A DNA stretch of 64,000 bases from Selaginella moellendorffii. Taxonomy: Eukaryota > Plantae > Lycopodiophyta. The notes below the pieces were generated by a model. That model saw only the letters and a program-made list of their open reading frames with translations, made no database searches and was not told the origin of the DNA. Made by a program: the position numbers and the translations under genes. Positions 36,779-49,164 of the stretch are shown here, piece by piece (position 1 is the stretch's first letter; each line of letters opens with the position of its first letter). Where the stretch lies: assembly GCF_000143415.4 (NCBI RefSeq), contig NW_003314365.1, positions 201,902 to 265,901 on the forward strand, given 5' to 3'.

Positions 36779-36942
36779 CGCCTCCTAGGGCTCTTGAGAT
36801 TAGGGTTCTTGGAGTTTTATAAAATTCTTTCTTTTTGCTTTCCCGGATGCCATCCATCGCCTTGGCATGAAATGCTCCACTACTTAAATCTCTGCGCGCT
36901 CGCCTGTGGCTCTTCTCGCCATGATCGATCGATTCGATCGAA

Positions 36943-38083
36943 ATGCTGCCGCTGCTCCTGGCGCTCTTGCGATCTTCTTTGCTCGTAAGCGGCGCTCCTT
37001 TTCCTCAGCACCGCTACGATGTTCCTGCGCTCTTCGTCTTTGGCGATTCCTTCGTCGACTCCGGGAACAACAATTTCTTCAACACCTCCGCCAAGTGCAA
37101 TCACCCGCCGTATGGGATCAACTTCGAGGGCCGGCGATCCACGGGGCGATGGAGCGACGGGCTCATCGTCACAGACTACATTGGTATCGAGAACTCTCGT
37201 CTTGTTCTTCCATTCTTGCTTCTCTCAAGAACGCTTTGCTGGACAGCTTCGTTCCTGGGACTCCCATATCCTCCAAACTTCCACGACAAACGCGGCAACT
37301 TTAGCACCGGGGCCAACTTCGCGTCCGCCAGCGCTGGGATTTTCAACACCACCGGCCTGGTAAGGAGAAGAAAAGCCATGATCCAATCTCACGAACTTTG
37401 TCCTCCACTCGAAGCAAGGCATCCGGACGTTTGAGCAGCAAATCGGCGACTTCGAGCAGCTAAGCACAACGCTGGAGCAGCACCACGGCCACCGGACGAT
37501 CTCCCGCGCCATCTTCTACCTCAACATCGGCACCAACGACGTCGCCAACGCCGTGCGAGCCACCGGGAGCCAAGCTCCGCTCGAGCTCCTCGCCGCGCTG
37601 CTGCGATCGCTCGAGCGCGACCTCCGCCGCCTCTACTCGTGTGGAGCTCGCAAGATGGTGGTGGTGTCCGCGGCGATCATCGGGTGTCCGCCACTGGAGA
37701 AGCGCTCTCTTCCCTGCAAGCCAGCCGGGGAGTCCTCGGCCCGGGCCTACAACCGAGCTCTCCAGCAGCTCCTCCGCGACTTCAGTTCCTCCCACCTCGG
37801 ACTCCACATCGTGTACGCGAATCTCCACGACTTGATGATGGGTGTGATCCAGCAGCCAGGTGCTTTTGGATTGTCCAGCACTGTGGATCCCTGCTGCCCG
37901 GTTGGAGGTGGACGATGGTGCAATGCCACCGATAGCTACTGCTCAAACCCATCGCAGTATCTCTTCTGGGACATTGCACACCCTTCAAGTGCTTTCAACC
38001 GGATCGCTGCTCACAGGTTTTGGAACGGGACTCTGCGAGAAACGTTTCCTTTCAACATCCGCCACCTTGCTTCTCTGTGGTAG
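36943..38083 (+). CDS. GDSL esterase/lipase
   Basis: Signal peptide, FVFGDSFVDSGNN, TGRWSDG, GANFASASAG, IGTND and LFWDIAHPS. Confidence 0.93.
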
Positions 38084-38240
38084 AACTTCACGAAAGTGTT
38101 TGGCAAGTATCCATCTTTCTTTTAAGAAAATAATCGCTTCTACATACCTCGAGCTTGGAGCTATTCCATAGCTTACCTTTCATCCCATTTTGGAAGTACT
38201 ATAGCTTGCGCCCCTATAGATTCAACTTGCAATCTTGCTA

Positions 38241-40020
38241 TCACGCAATCACCTCGGTGAACCGGACGACGCAATCGTACAGTCGCCCCCCCAAGAACTC
38301 GGCCACTTCCTGATGCTTAACCTGTAAAAAACTCTCCTAGTAACCTCTTCGGAGCCTTGACACACGCATCACATAGCTACGTACCATTCCTACTTTGAGG
38401 GAGTCGCAACGAAACTGCGCGTACAAATTGGTCTCAATGGCTCTTCCCTGTAACAATGTAGCATGATCAGTGATAAGAATCACAGGCATGATCATGAATT
38501 GGAAGTTACCATCCCCTCCAGAATGACAAGGTCGGCATCAGCGGCTGCGAAAGCTAGCTCTTGCGACACAGATGATAAATCGATCACCTGAAAAGTCGTC
38601 ACTCGGTGAGTTTCTAGATGAAAACTTGGAGTGAGCTTACGGGTAAGTCGTTCCCAGTGTTGATAACCATGAGGCCGCTAGCATCGACTCCCTGTATCTT
38701 TCCGTCTTCTCCTTTCAGCTTGAAAACACGAAAACGATGCCACGAGTCAATAAAGCGACAAAAAACCCGAGACTTCAAACCTTGGACATGATTTGCAGCA
38801 GCTCCGCGTAGGTGATGTCGTTGATCGAAGGCAGCTCGTTGGCAGCCAGGACCACCTAAAAGGAGGAAGCATACAAATAAAAAACAGGCTTCTTTGTTCC
38901 AAAAACTTTGAGATTGAGAGCATGGAAAGAATGCAGCCACCTGTGTACCTCGTCGAAGGAGTTCTCGAGCCAAAGGGATGATTCCCAGAATGATATCAGC
39001 CCCCGCATTGTCGACAAAGATGACGGCCTGTGAACAAAGCACGCTTTAAAGATCACACAAGAAATGACAGATTCTCACCTTTTTCCAGGATCGACGTAGC
39101 CACATAAGCTTAAACTTGTCTAGATCGTCAATCACCCAAGGACGAGGCAGTAATTTCTCCACACTCTTGACAAAAGACATGCCATCGCTCTTGTACATTT
39201 CTGCGAGCTATAGTTCACGAGTTTTAGCGACTAGATAGTTCAAGAGATTGATTACCTCTGCGGAGCCGAGATCAAACACATTTCCTGCGAGCAAGCATTT
39301 GACAAGGTGTTCCAATCGCCCACCATCGTCAGCTACGGCGTCCGCGGCTTTTACAACTTCCTCAAACAAAACGAAGGCTTTAGCGTTCTCGTCGTCCTAG
39401 ATAGAAAGAGAAACGCACTAAGTAGGGAGGAACACTTTACAAAGAGAAAAGGCCAACTTACTTTGACACTCTTGAAGATATCTCGGAATCCAGTTTCACG
39501 GAGACATACCTCTCGAAGCCTACAAAGAAGCTAAGGAAAGAAGAAGAAAAGAAAAAATGTAAGACGACCACGATTGGCATTGGATTGAATGAATGATCTC
39601 TAGGAAACTTACAATGCAATCAGGAGGTCCACCGTGACTCTCCGGATTGGCCTCTAGATCGTCTAGCATCTTCCCGAATCTAAGAAACCATGAAAATAAG
39701 ATCCATCACTTGCAAGAGATTCTCTTACCTCGATGCAAACACACGCGCCTTGGCAGCTGCGTCGGGCACCGAATCGTCCATCTCCGCTCGCTTGCTGGGG
39801 CAAAACGCGAGGCGATTTGAGAATCTGTGCGGAATCGCTCACAGTAGAACCTGAAAGAAGGGATCGATCTGCGGAAGAGCTGGATCCAGAGCATCTCGGT
39901 GGGGGTGGGCTGGTGTGGCGGATCCGATGGGAATCGATAGGGGATGGTGCACGGCCTGTAGGTGTAATCCACCCATTCCTTGAGCAAGGGAAAGACCACA
40001 GCCTCGCCCGCGCTCTCCAT
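38241..40020 (-). CDS. Damage-control phosphatase, DUF89/ARMT1-like, multi-exon
   Basis: YRPCTIPYRFPSD, AGNVFDLGS, IFVDNAGADIILGIIPLARELLRRG, GNDLP, ILEGMGRAIETN and GGRLYDCV. Confidence 0.88.
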
Positions 40021-40301
40021 TCCTTGCTAGCCTAAAATCCTGCGCGCCCTAAACCCCAAGTGGAGAAAAAATAGAGTGTCCAAGAGACCAAGGTGGTGGA
40101 ACCTCTCAACCATATCGTAAATCGCAAATTTTCCTTACAATGTACCTAGAGGGGGAAGTAGTTAAAGTGAGCATGTTTGAAGGGTTGATATCTTGGAAGC
40201 TCTCATGGAAGAGGAACGACCAACGTGTTTTCTACTGGGGTGTAATAGGACAAACTCCTACCTAGGTTTAGATAGCCGTGAAAGAGAGAGAGAAAAAGAA
40301 A

Positions 40302-41248
40302 ATGGAGGCCATGGCTCGCGGTGGCATGCCGCCGTGTCGATCGCCGGGACCTCCCGCGGCTATGGCAGCAGCAGCCGCCGCGGCAGTCGCGGTAGCAGTG
40401 AATTATTCATATGCTCATCTCAAGCTTTCTCTTCCTCCTCCCTCTCCATCGCCATTCTTTGCCGCCATATCCATGGCTCTCCCCTCTCCTCCTCTCACCG
40501 TGGAATCCTCCACCGGGGCCGAGTTCCCTGCTTGGATCGACAGCGATGGCGCAAAGCTGGAGCTGGCCGGCACGGGACTGCGCAAAAAGAGCATCTTGGG
40601 CCTCAAGAGCATCGTCGTCTACGCCTTTGGTTCAAACTCCCATCTTTTGGCTTCCATCTCTGACAATGTGTGCTCGCTCGTCCAGGAATCTATGCCAACG
40701 CCGCCAAGCTCCGCGAGCTCAAGCTTAAGGATGACAAGAAGGCGATCTCGCTGGCGGAGCTGCCATGCATGGATGCGGAGATGAGCGTCCGGCTCGTCAT
40801 CGTCTACGGCAAGCTCAAGATGGGCACCGTGCGCAGCGCCTTTGAGGAATCCATTGGCGGACGCATCAAGAAGTTCTCCGGGGCCGAGAACAAAGAACTC
40901 CTCCAGAGGTTTGTTGCTTCTCTCCTTTCTTAGCACTCGATCTCATCTCTTTGCTCCTCCACAGTTTCACTCAGCTCTTCAAGGAGGATATCAAGCTGCC
41001 AAAGGGGACAGCCATCGACATGGTCCGACTCCCCGGTCACGTCCTGTCCACCAGAAGTAAGTTCGCAATTCATAGCTCTTCGAGTTACAATTTTCTGTTC
41101 TTCCTTCTCAGTCGATGGCCAGGAGGTCGGGAGCGTCAAGAGCGAACTCCTGTGCCGCTGCCTGTTTGATCTCTACATTGGTGACGAGCCATTTGACGTG
41201 GCTGGCAAGGAGGCGATCGCTGCAGGACTCTCCTCGATGCTGAGTTGA
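40302..41248 (+). CDS. FAP1: Chalcone-isomerase-fold fatty-acid-binding protein (FAP1-like)
   Basis: VESSTGAEFP, GTGLRKKSILGLKSIVVYAFG, VRSAFEESIGGRIKKF and LFDLYIGDEPFD. Confidence 0.85.
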
Positions 41249-41348
41249 GTACTTTATATCTGCATTGTTTGATTGATTCCAATGCCGGGAAATAAAAAAG
41301 CAAAATGCGAGAGAGCTTCTTTCTTGTTTGAAAACCACTTACTCGGTG

Positions 41349-43934
41349 TTATGAGCTCTCATCTGGTGCTACAATACGTTGGTACCGAGGCTTGTTCTTC
41401 CTCATCAATGCGTATGTCATTGTGTACCAAAAGAGGAGAATTCGGCCTTCTTCCACCATTGCCTTGTTTATAGTGCTGTCACCGAATCCCAATCTTTCCA
41501 GTGCCTGCAGCACGCCGTTACATTTTCTCGATAAGCGCAAGATCGCATCAAGAACAAAAACACAGGAAGATCAGTATTAAATACCTGTTCCCCGTTGGGA
41601 AGATCATACGGTTTGTCACACTCGAACTTTAATCCCTTAAACTCGTTTATGCACAGTGCTTGGAAAGCCCTGCATTGAACGACATTGCTCAGAGCCGAGA
41701 AAGTAGATTCAATGCTTACCATCTTATGAGTGACACTCGCGGAATCCAGCGGAACATGACGGGAGCGTTCTCCGAGTTCACGTAGTAGCCACCAAAGACG
41801 ATGAACACGGTCATGAGCGATGGTCCCAGTGCCATTGCTGCCTCCGTACTGGGAACCATGGCTCCCACACACAATCCCATAGCCGACGCCGCGAAAGACT
41901 CTACAGTCACAATGCTTGAGAAACTACCAAACCTGTAGCGCATGCAAACCAACTTTAGAATGGAAGTGAGTGGTAGTTTACTACAAGGTATCACCTCTTT
42001 GCTGATGGATGGAGCCGAGCCATTGGATAGAGAATGGCACCAAAGAGGAGAGGAAAGGCAGCACCAATTGGCATCTCCGCTATGAGCTTCGCAGCCAAGT
42101 AAGGTGCCAAACCGTAGCTTCCCTTGGCTCTCTCTCTATCAACGATAGCACGTTCCTTAGGAAAGACATTGACAGTCTTGGTCAGTGCAGCCATTGCAGT
42201 GTTCACAGCTGCAACCTGTAGAGAGGAGTGAACTTACATAAATCCATTACAAGGCAATTCAAAACAGACCTGAAGGAGACCCATACGATCTTGAATTGAC
42301 GTCTGGGAACGCCCCATTCTCCAGTAGATCGAGCCAAAGATCATGGCAGCTGCAACGGACATCCTACTTCGCACTTTGTTTGTCGGGCCATCGCGTATTG
42401 CCTGGTAATAAATGAACGGAGTAAGCTCTTCGAAAGGTTCCTGCACACGCGTACATACCTGCAGCCAGGCTCGTCTAAAGAGCAGCCTGAACTGCTTCCA
42501 CCACCCAACCTTCTGCTGTGTAACATGTTGTGTGGAAAGCTTTACGGGAGCTGGCTCGGTCCCAGAAAGTGATCGAGTGGCATACAGTGTAGTCGCAAAA
42601 ATTTCCACAAAAGCTTCCACGCGCTTTCTTGAGGCTGATTCTTTCTCCGGGGAGCTATAATCGATCGAGATGAGGTCGGCAAAAAATTCCGCCGGATTTA
42701 CGTGTTCTGGACACGAATGCCTGCGATAAACTTCTGTCAGAGATTTCATGCTGAAAAATATAAACTGCAAACCCGAGGCCTGCAAAATATGCTAGAGCTT
42801 CATTTTGTGCCGGGCCTGCATAAATGACTGATCCCTCCGAGAGCAATAAGAGGTCGTCAAACTTGGAATAGATTGATCCACGAGGCTGATGAATCGAACA
42901 CACAACGGTATGACCATCTTGGGCAAGTTTCTTGAGAGTTTCCATCACTTGCTCTGCTTGAAATGCATCAAGTCCTGGCCAAGGGAAAAAGTCCAAGGAA
43001 TCAGAAATGACTCCGAAACTGCGTAGCACAAAACAAACCTGTAGTTGGCTCGTCGGCAAAAATTACAGATGGACTGGCAATGAGTTCACAGGCTATCGAC
43101 AGCCTCTTTTTCTCTCCACCACTGATGCCTCTCACTTTGGCATCACCCACGGGCGTGTCCGCACAGCGCACCTACAATGTTCCATGGCTCACAGAAGTTT
43201 TTAATGATACAAAACAAGTTCAAAATAGAACTACCAGCCCCAAGCGTTGCAGTATGTCATCCACGTAGCGACTCCTCTCCGCAGCAGTGCTAGATCCCGG
43301 CAGTTGAAGCTCAGCAGCAAGGGAGAGTGTCTCGCGAACTGTGAGTTGAGAGAAGAAGAGATCTTCTTGCCGGACATATGCAACCCTGCGATGAATAGAA
43401 TGAATGAAAAACTAATATTAAGCTAGCCGATAGCTTACTTGTAAGACGTAGAAACGCAGGGAGTTCCATTGACAAAGAGCAGCCCCGTAAGCTTGAGTCG
43501 AGGCGATGCAGCGAGCTGCCCGGCTAGAACGTTAAGAATGGTCGTCTTTCCAGAGCCAGATGGCCCCATGATCGCCAGAAGCCTCCCTGCCTTCGCTTCT
43601 CCACTCAGATTCTTAAGCAGGCGCTTCACCTAAGCGAAAGAGAGCAATCGCATCGCGAGTGATGAGACCATCGATCGAAATATCCACTCACCGTCGTGAT
43701 TCCATCCTTGGCCTGGAGCGCGCAGCAGATCTTGTGCCAGCTGAGAGTGATCGGGGGAACCTCTGGAGCGGAGGAAGCATCTTTACCATCATCGGATGCT
43801 TCTTCCTGGATTTCTGGCGCTGCTGGTGGCCTCCTGGAGAAGAATTTCAGGACGAGAGCTGCTACTCCTCCAGCCACAAGCACTGGGATCGCCGGAGCAG
43901 CAGCTGCCGCCATCGGGGGGAATTCCCTCTCCAC
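41349..43934 (-). CDS. ABCG7: ABCG half-size transporter (ABCG7-like), multi-exon
   Basis: Walker [15 protein letters not shown] signature, [22 protein letters not shown], and a TMD with [17 protein letters not shown]. Confidence 0.9.
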
Positions 43935-44219
43935 TCCCTCGCGGCAAAGAATAAAAACCTAAGCAGCTCCTTTGAATGATAAGCTTTTACTTCCATTGAC
44001 ACAAGGTTATTACTGGAAAAGTTTGAAGTCAGTCTACAAAGAATGGCTTGCTTGCTTGCATTTGCTTATTTCTTTTCTCTTTCGCGAAGAAGATTGTTGC
44101 AAGGAAGACGAAGAAGAAGAAAAAGAAGAAGAAATAACTCTTCGATCGATCGCTGGATACTCTCACCTTTTTTTGTTTGTTTTTTTTTTCTCTTTCTTTT
44201 TGTCTCGCTCTCACTCTAC

Positions 44220-46688
44220 TTAAGCATAATACATGTACAGGCTATTGGAGGCGGCGCATGCGATGAGATTTGCACACGGATGCCACGCCAAATGCAACAG
44301 CTTTGATGAGAAATCGTAGCTGCCATTCATCTCACTCCCAGAAGCGGCGCCACTGCCTCCATTCTCTACAAACGCAAAAGAAGAAACCATCAATCACAAA
44401 AACGAGAACTGAAACTTTCCAGAAACCTTCACCTCGTCGCCGCCCTCGAGAGAGGGCAGGGAAACGGCTGAATCTGCTCGGGGTTTGTGCTTGCCGCCTT
44501 CATCACCAACGAAAACCGTTAGAACAATCCACTCCGGAGAGAAGCTTTCTCTTTTTCTCGTACCTGTTTGGCGTTTTAGTACACTCCAAAGTAGTCGCTT
44601 CATCGCTACCCGGGGTCACCCCAAACACACGAAACAAATTACTGGAAAGCAATGAAAAAGCTCGTCACACACACACTTGGAAACTCGAATCCTCCATACC
44701 TGTAGGATCCGGTTGCTACACGGAGGCCATCGCCACTTAAACAGCACTCGAATTTGTCGAATAAAGAATCGTTCTCATACAAGTCACATAACTGCAACGC
44801 AAAAGAACCAGCAAAGTCAGTGACCACCCGAACGACATCGAAAGACGCAACCTTAGGTCTCAAATACTCATGAACTTTGAAAGACACAACCGGAGAGGCG
44901 TTCATGTTCACGTCCCAAAGCTGAAAGTAGGAAGAAACGTTAACAATGAAAGATCCGAGCAAACAAAACAAACGCCAAACCTTTAATGTCATATAGTCGC
45001 GGCTGAGAATGTACCGTCCACTACGAGAAAACTTGATATCCGAGATGGAGGCAACAATTTCTGTAAAAAATGATCTTGTTGCAGGAGCTTCCTGTTCCTC
45101 GAACCTACATTGGAAGGATGGAACTTCAGTCCAGGCGTAGAAGACAAGAACTTACAATATAGCATGCCGGTCACAAAGAGCCGATTGCCGCATATCTATA
45201 AGACGAATTGTTCCCTTTGAGCTGCTATAAGCAAGAGTATTGCAGTGGGAGGGATGGAACTCTGCAGACGTTATAACTTCTGTACAAAGGTTAACATCAT
45301 CCTGTCAGACATGAAAAACTGAACCGGAGATGCGACTATACCTGTAAGATCTTCCATGTTAGCTGGCTTGATATCAACAATGTTGAAACTAAGGTCACTA
45401 ATTTCCATATTCCATAAGTTGATTCTCAAATCGTCAGCAGAAATATACGTTTCGCAATCACTGCATAAAAAAGAGAGCACCAGCGTCAGACACGCGCCCC
45501 ACAATGCAAACAGCTGACCTGTTATTGGAAATCGAATTTATATGATATGTATGGGCATTTGCATAAACTCTTCTACATCTGGCAAAAGGTGCTGTCTCGG
45601 TGCAAGAAACCTGCAGCAAAGCTTAGCAACAAGAAGAAAAAGCGGCAGCAGCAGCAGCATACCTTTGGCAAATGAAGGGACGGAATCCCACCGGGAGGAA
45701 TTTCAAAATTTTGAGCCACGTTGTGTATCAACGAGGCCTTCTTAGGACCCAATGGTTCAGGCGTCTCCACGTTTAGCTTTGTAACTCTCTTGACCTTCTT
45801 TTCTGTGATCTGCTCGTTGTTCATAGGATGCAACATACGCGTCAAGTTAATCCGAATAGAAATCCTACCTTCCAAAGCTTGATGGTCTTGTCATTAGTGG
45901 ATAAAACAAAACGAGCGCCGTTAGCCGTGTGACACCATCTGATTTTGTTGATCTTTTCCTCTATCTCCAGGCTCTTGAGGTAGTCAAACTGGGGAAGCCA
46001 AAAAAAAAAAGTAATGTAGCATCAACACGCTTCAACGATAGAGCAAGCGCACCTCTGGTTCATGGCTTTGGAACTCTGTTGAGTAGCGGTACTCCGGATG
46101 CCTAGGTATCGAATGGTCAGCCTTTTCTAACTCTTTGCGGTTTTTTAGCTGCAGCAAGACAAGCTAGGATATATAGTACCACTGAAGTTAATGAAAAAAA
46201 CCAGACTTTCTCTTCGCACCTCTTTATCATCACTTCTGTCAAAGAGGACTACTCGCCCTCCGCGATCTCCAGTTGCGAGATGATCACCAGTCTTGTCGAA
46301 TTCGATTGCGGATATAATGTCAACTGCAACCAATCCAGAACCCAGGTGTCAACTACAGTCTCGAAGAAAAAACCACTATTGGCATCCAGCTCCTAGACAC
46401 CAAATCCCACACCTTCTCGTCTCGAGCGAAGCGAGACGATAGGAAGGAACACAAAATAAATGCAGTTAAGTTATGCTGGAGCGTTTCAGTGTGTGTATGC
46501 TTGTAAGCTAGGACAGGAATTCCAATCACTGATTAAGAAGAAAAAAACTCCCTCTTACCTTCCTGGATTTCTTCACCGGACATGCGCTCCCCAAACACCT
46601 GTGAGAAGTTCCATGCCAAGCTCGCGCTCTCTCCAGAGTGGCCCTGCCCACCCCCAGGTGCTCCATTCGCGCTGCCTACACTAATCAT
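44220..46688 (-). CDS. PP2A 55-kDa regulatory B subunit (B55), multi-exon
   Basis: [58 protein letters not shown] and [11 protein letters not shown]. Confidence 0.95.
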
Positions 46689-46951
46689 TCTCTGGAATTT
46701 GGCCCTGCGCCTGCTTAGCTGCTGGATTTCACAGTGACGATCCCAGCTCCTCCCGCATTCATCCGATCCCTCCTTCTCACCTTCCGCATTACTCTCTCGC
46801 AAGGGAACAAAACCCTAGCCTCGCGATCCCCTGTGTAATATAAACACAGCCGGTCTCGAGCTCGATTCCGCCCCAACCCGGCTCACATCCACGTGTACCC
46901 TCCACGTCACAAGGTATAAACCCCTCTTTTCTTTCCCTCTTTTCACCCACC

Positions 46952-47888
46952 ATGGGTACAAGCGCATTGTCCTGGTCAGCGGGAGTGGGATTTAGGGTTC
47001 TTGGCTGCCGCGCATCGGCAGAGAAGAGGCGCGAGGTCCGCGTGTGCACGCACACCACTTGCAGGAAGAGCGGCTCCCTCCAGACGCTGCAAGCACTCCA
47101 GAATTTGGCGCCAGCGGCTGTGTCGGTGGAATCATGCGGTTGCCTGGGTACGTGTTCTTCTTCTCCTTCTTCTTCTCCTCATTCGAATCCATCGACAATG
47201 CCAGGACGCTGTGGCTCCGGTCCAAATCTTGTGCTGCTGCCAGACCAGCTCTTGGTCTCCTACTGCAACACTCCAGCGCATGCTGCGCGCTTTCTGGACG
47301 TGCAATGCGGAGCCAGCAATCCCGAGAGTAATCTCGCCGCTTTTGCTCTCGCTCAAAAGGGGGACAAGGCGGTCGACCTCGGCCAGCTCGAGCAAGCGTA
47401 TGATCACTTCACACACGTACGTATTCCATCTAAAGAAGAGAAACAGGACGATTCATCATGTTCGTTTTCTCCAGGCGATTGAGCTAAATCCAAGCGGTGG
47501 CTTGCACTACATCTATGCCAAGAGGTATAGCTTTTCAATCAAACTCCGCTAAGTTTCTCACCGACTAAGAACAGGTCCGCTGTCCTGGTTGCCATGGACG
47601 ATCCAGAAGCTGGACTAGCAGATGCCAAGATGGCTGCTGAGTTACATCCCGACTGGCCAGTGGCTTTTGTCCGACAAGCCGACGCATACACAAAGATGGC
47701 TCAATTCGATGCAGCCAGGCATTACTTGTCCCTTGCTCTTGGTTTGGATCCCTCCCTCCGGAGATCCAAGTCGTTCCAGGTAACAAAACTCCAAATACCT
47801 CTGGATGCTTTCTAAACATTTTCTATTCTATTCTTTGCAGCGCAAACTTTTGCAAGTGGAGAAGCAACTCTTGTCTGTAAATGCATAG
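46952..47888 (+). CDS. Thioredoxin-like [2Fe-2S] ferredoxin domain plus TPR protein
   Basis: EVRVCTHTTCRKSGS...SCGCLG|RCGSGPN, followed by TPR helices (AIELNPSGGLHYIY..RS, ALGLDPSLRRSKSFQ). Confidence 0.8.
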
Positions 47889-47951
47889 GCCACTCAGGCT
47901 AAAGTAAGCTATGTAAAACATGCCCAGTTAAATGTATACCACTTTACTAAG

Positions 47952-49096
47952 TTACCATTTCAGCGCTATAGCTACCTCAAGCAGATCTTTCACGTATTGC
48001 AAGTTTCGCTTCTTGTCTTCCAGCCTGAGCCGCAGCGCCACAGCATCAGTGTCCAGGCCTTCCACTTCATGGGAATGGATTTGAGCTTCCACTTCCTTGA
48101 CGAGCTGGTTCACTTCTCTTATGAAGTCGATGCGGAGGAGAACGTCGTCGTCGTCGCCCTCTACTGGTGCGTCGATTGGACCATGGTGCTGAGCGAGAGA
48201 AACGACTTGTAAGTTTCCTCAAGAGCAACAATTACTGGGGCTTACCGAGGAGAGATCAAAGCCCCGAGGTGCAAGGATGGTGAAGGCATGCTCCGGGGGA
48301 AAAGCTTTCAGCATCCGGTGCCGGGCCTTTCGCAGCCACTCGGTGTCATCGGTTCCATCGTGCAAGTTTAGCAACTCGTTGAGCAAACGCATTGAGGGGC
48401 TCGCCTGCCTCTTCCTGATTTCATACTGCCAAAAGCAACAATAGCTCTTTCAACGTGAAGAGTATCATCAACAGCACTTCACCTCAACCCGTCTGTGCAG
48501 TAGATCCAGAGCTTCCACAGCCTCTCTCTCGTCGTCTTGCCGTGCCAGCTCCAGCCGACTCTTGATCACCAGAAGCAACAGTGGAGTGAGTTCTTCATTA
48601 TCGCCAGCCTCGACAATCATCTACACCAGAGAGCCTACACTTTGAAGCGATCACCCAAATGCTAAAAAAGGAGGAACTCACCTCTTCGATCTCCTCGCCC
48701 GACTTGATGAAGTTGGCTACGAGTCGTCTTGCCTTATTCACCTCCTCTTGCGGATAGTTCTTAAGGCTCGACCCAATCCTTCGGTACTCGAGCGCTAGCC
48801 TCACTTCTTCTTCGTCTTCCTCGCGCCGCCTTCTCTCCAAGTCCGCCGTCTCCTGCCGCCTGGCTTTCTCCCATTCCTGCACAGACAACAAAGAAGGAGC
48901 GTTCCATCCATCTCTCACGAAGTAAAGCGAGAGTGCTTACCTCATCGATGGGTCTTGCCAGGAACTCTTCTTTCGTCATTCTGGAAGCTCTTGCTCTGGT
49001 ACTAGCTGCAAAACAAGATGAAAAGGAGAACTTTGCGATGCGATATGGTTGCTTGTTGACAGGGAAGAACACTCCCGGATTTGCGATTGAAGCCAT
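47952..49096 (-). CDS. PAC: PALE CRESS chloroplast protein
   Basis: LKNYPQEEVNKARRLVANFIKSGEEIEE, ELTPLLLLVI.SRLELARQDDE and ASPSMRLLNELLNLHDG. Confidence 0.88.
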
Positions 49097-49164
49097 TGAA
49101 GTAACTTACATCTGTGACAGAGGAAAAATCTGTAGATAACCTATTTACACGGACCATCATCTTG

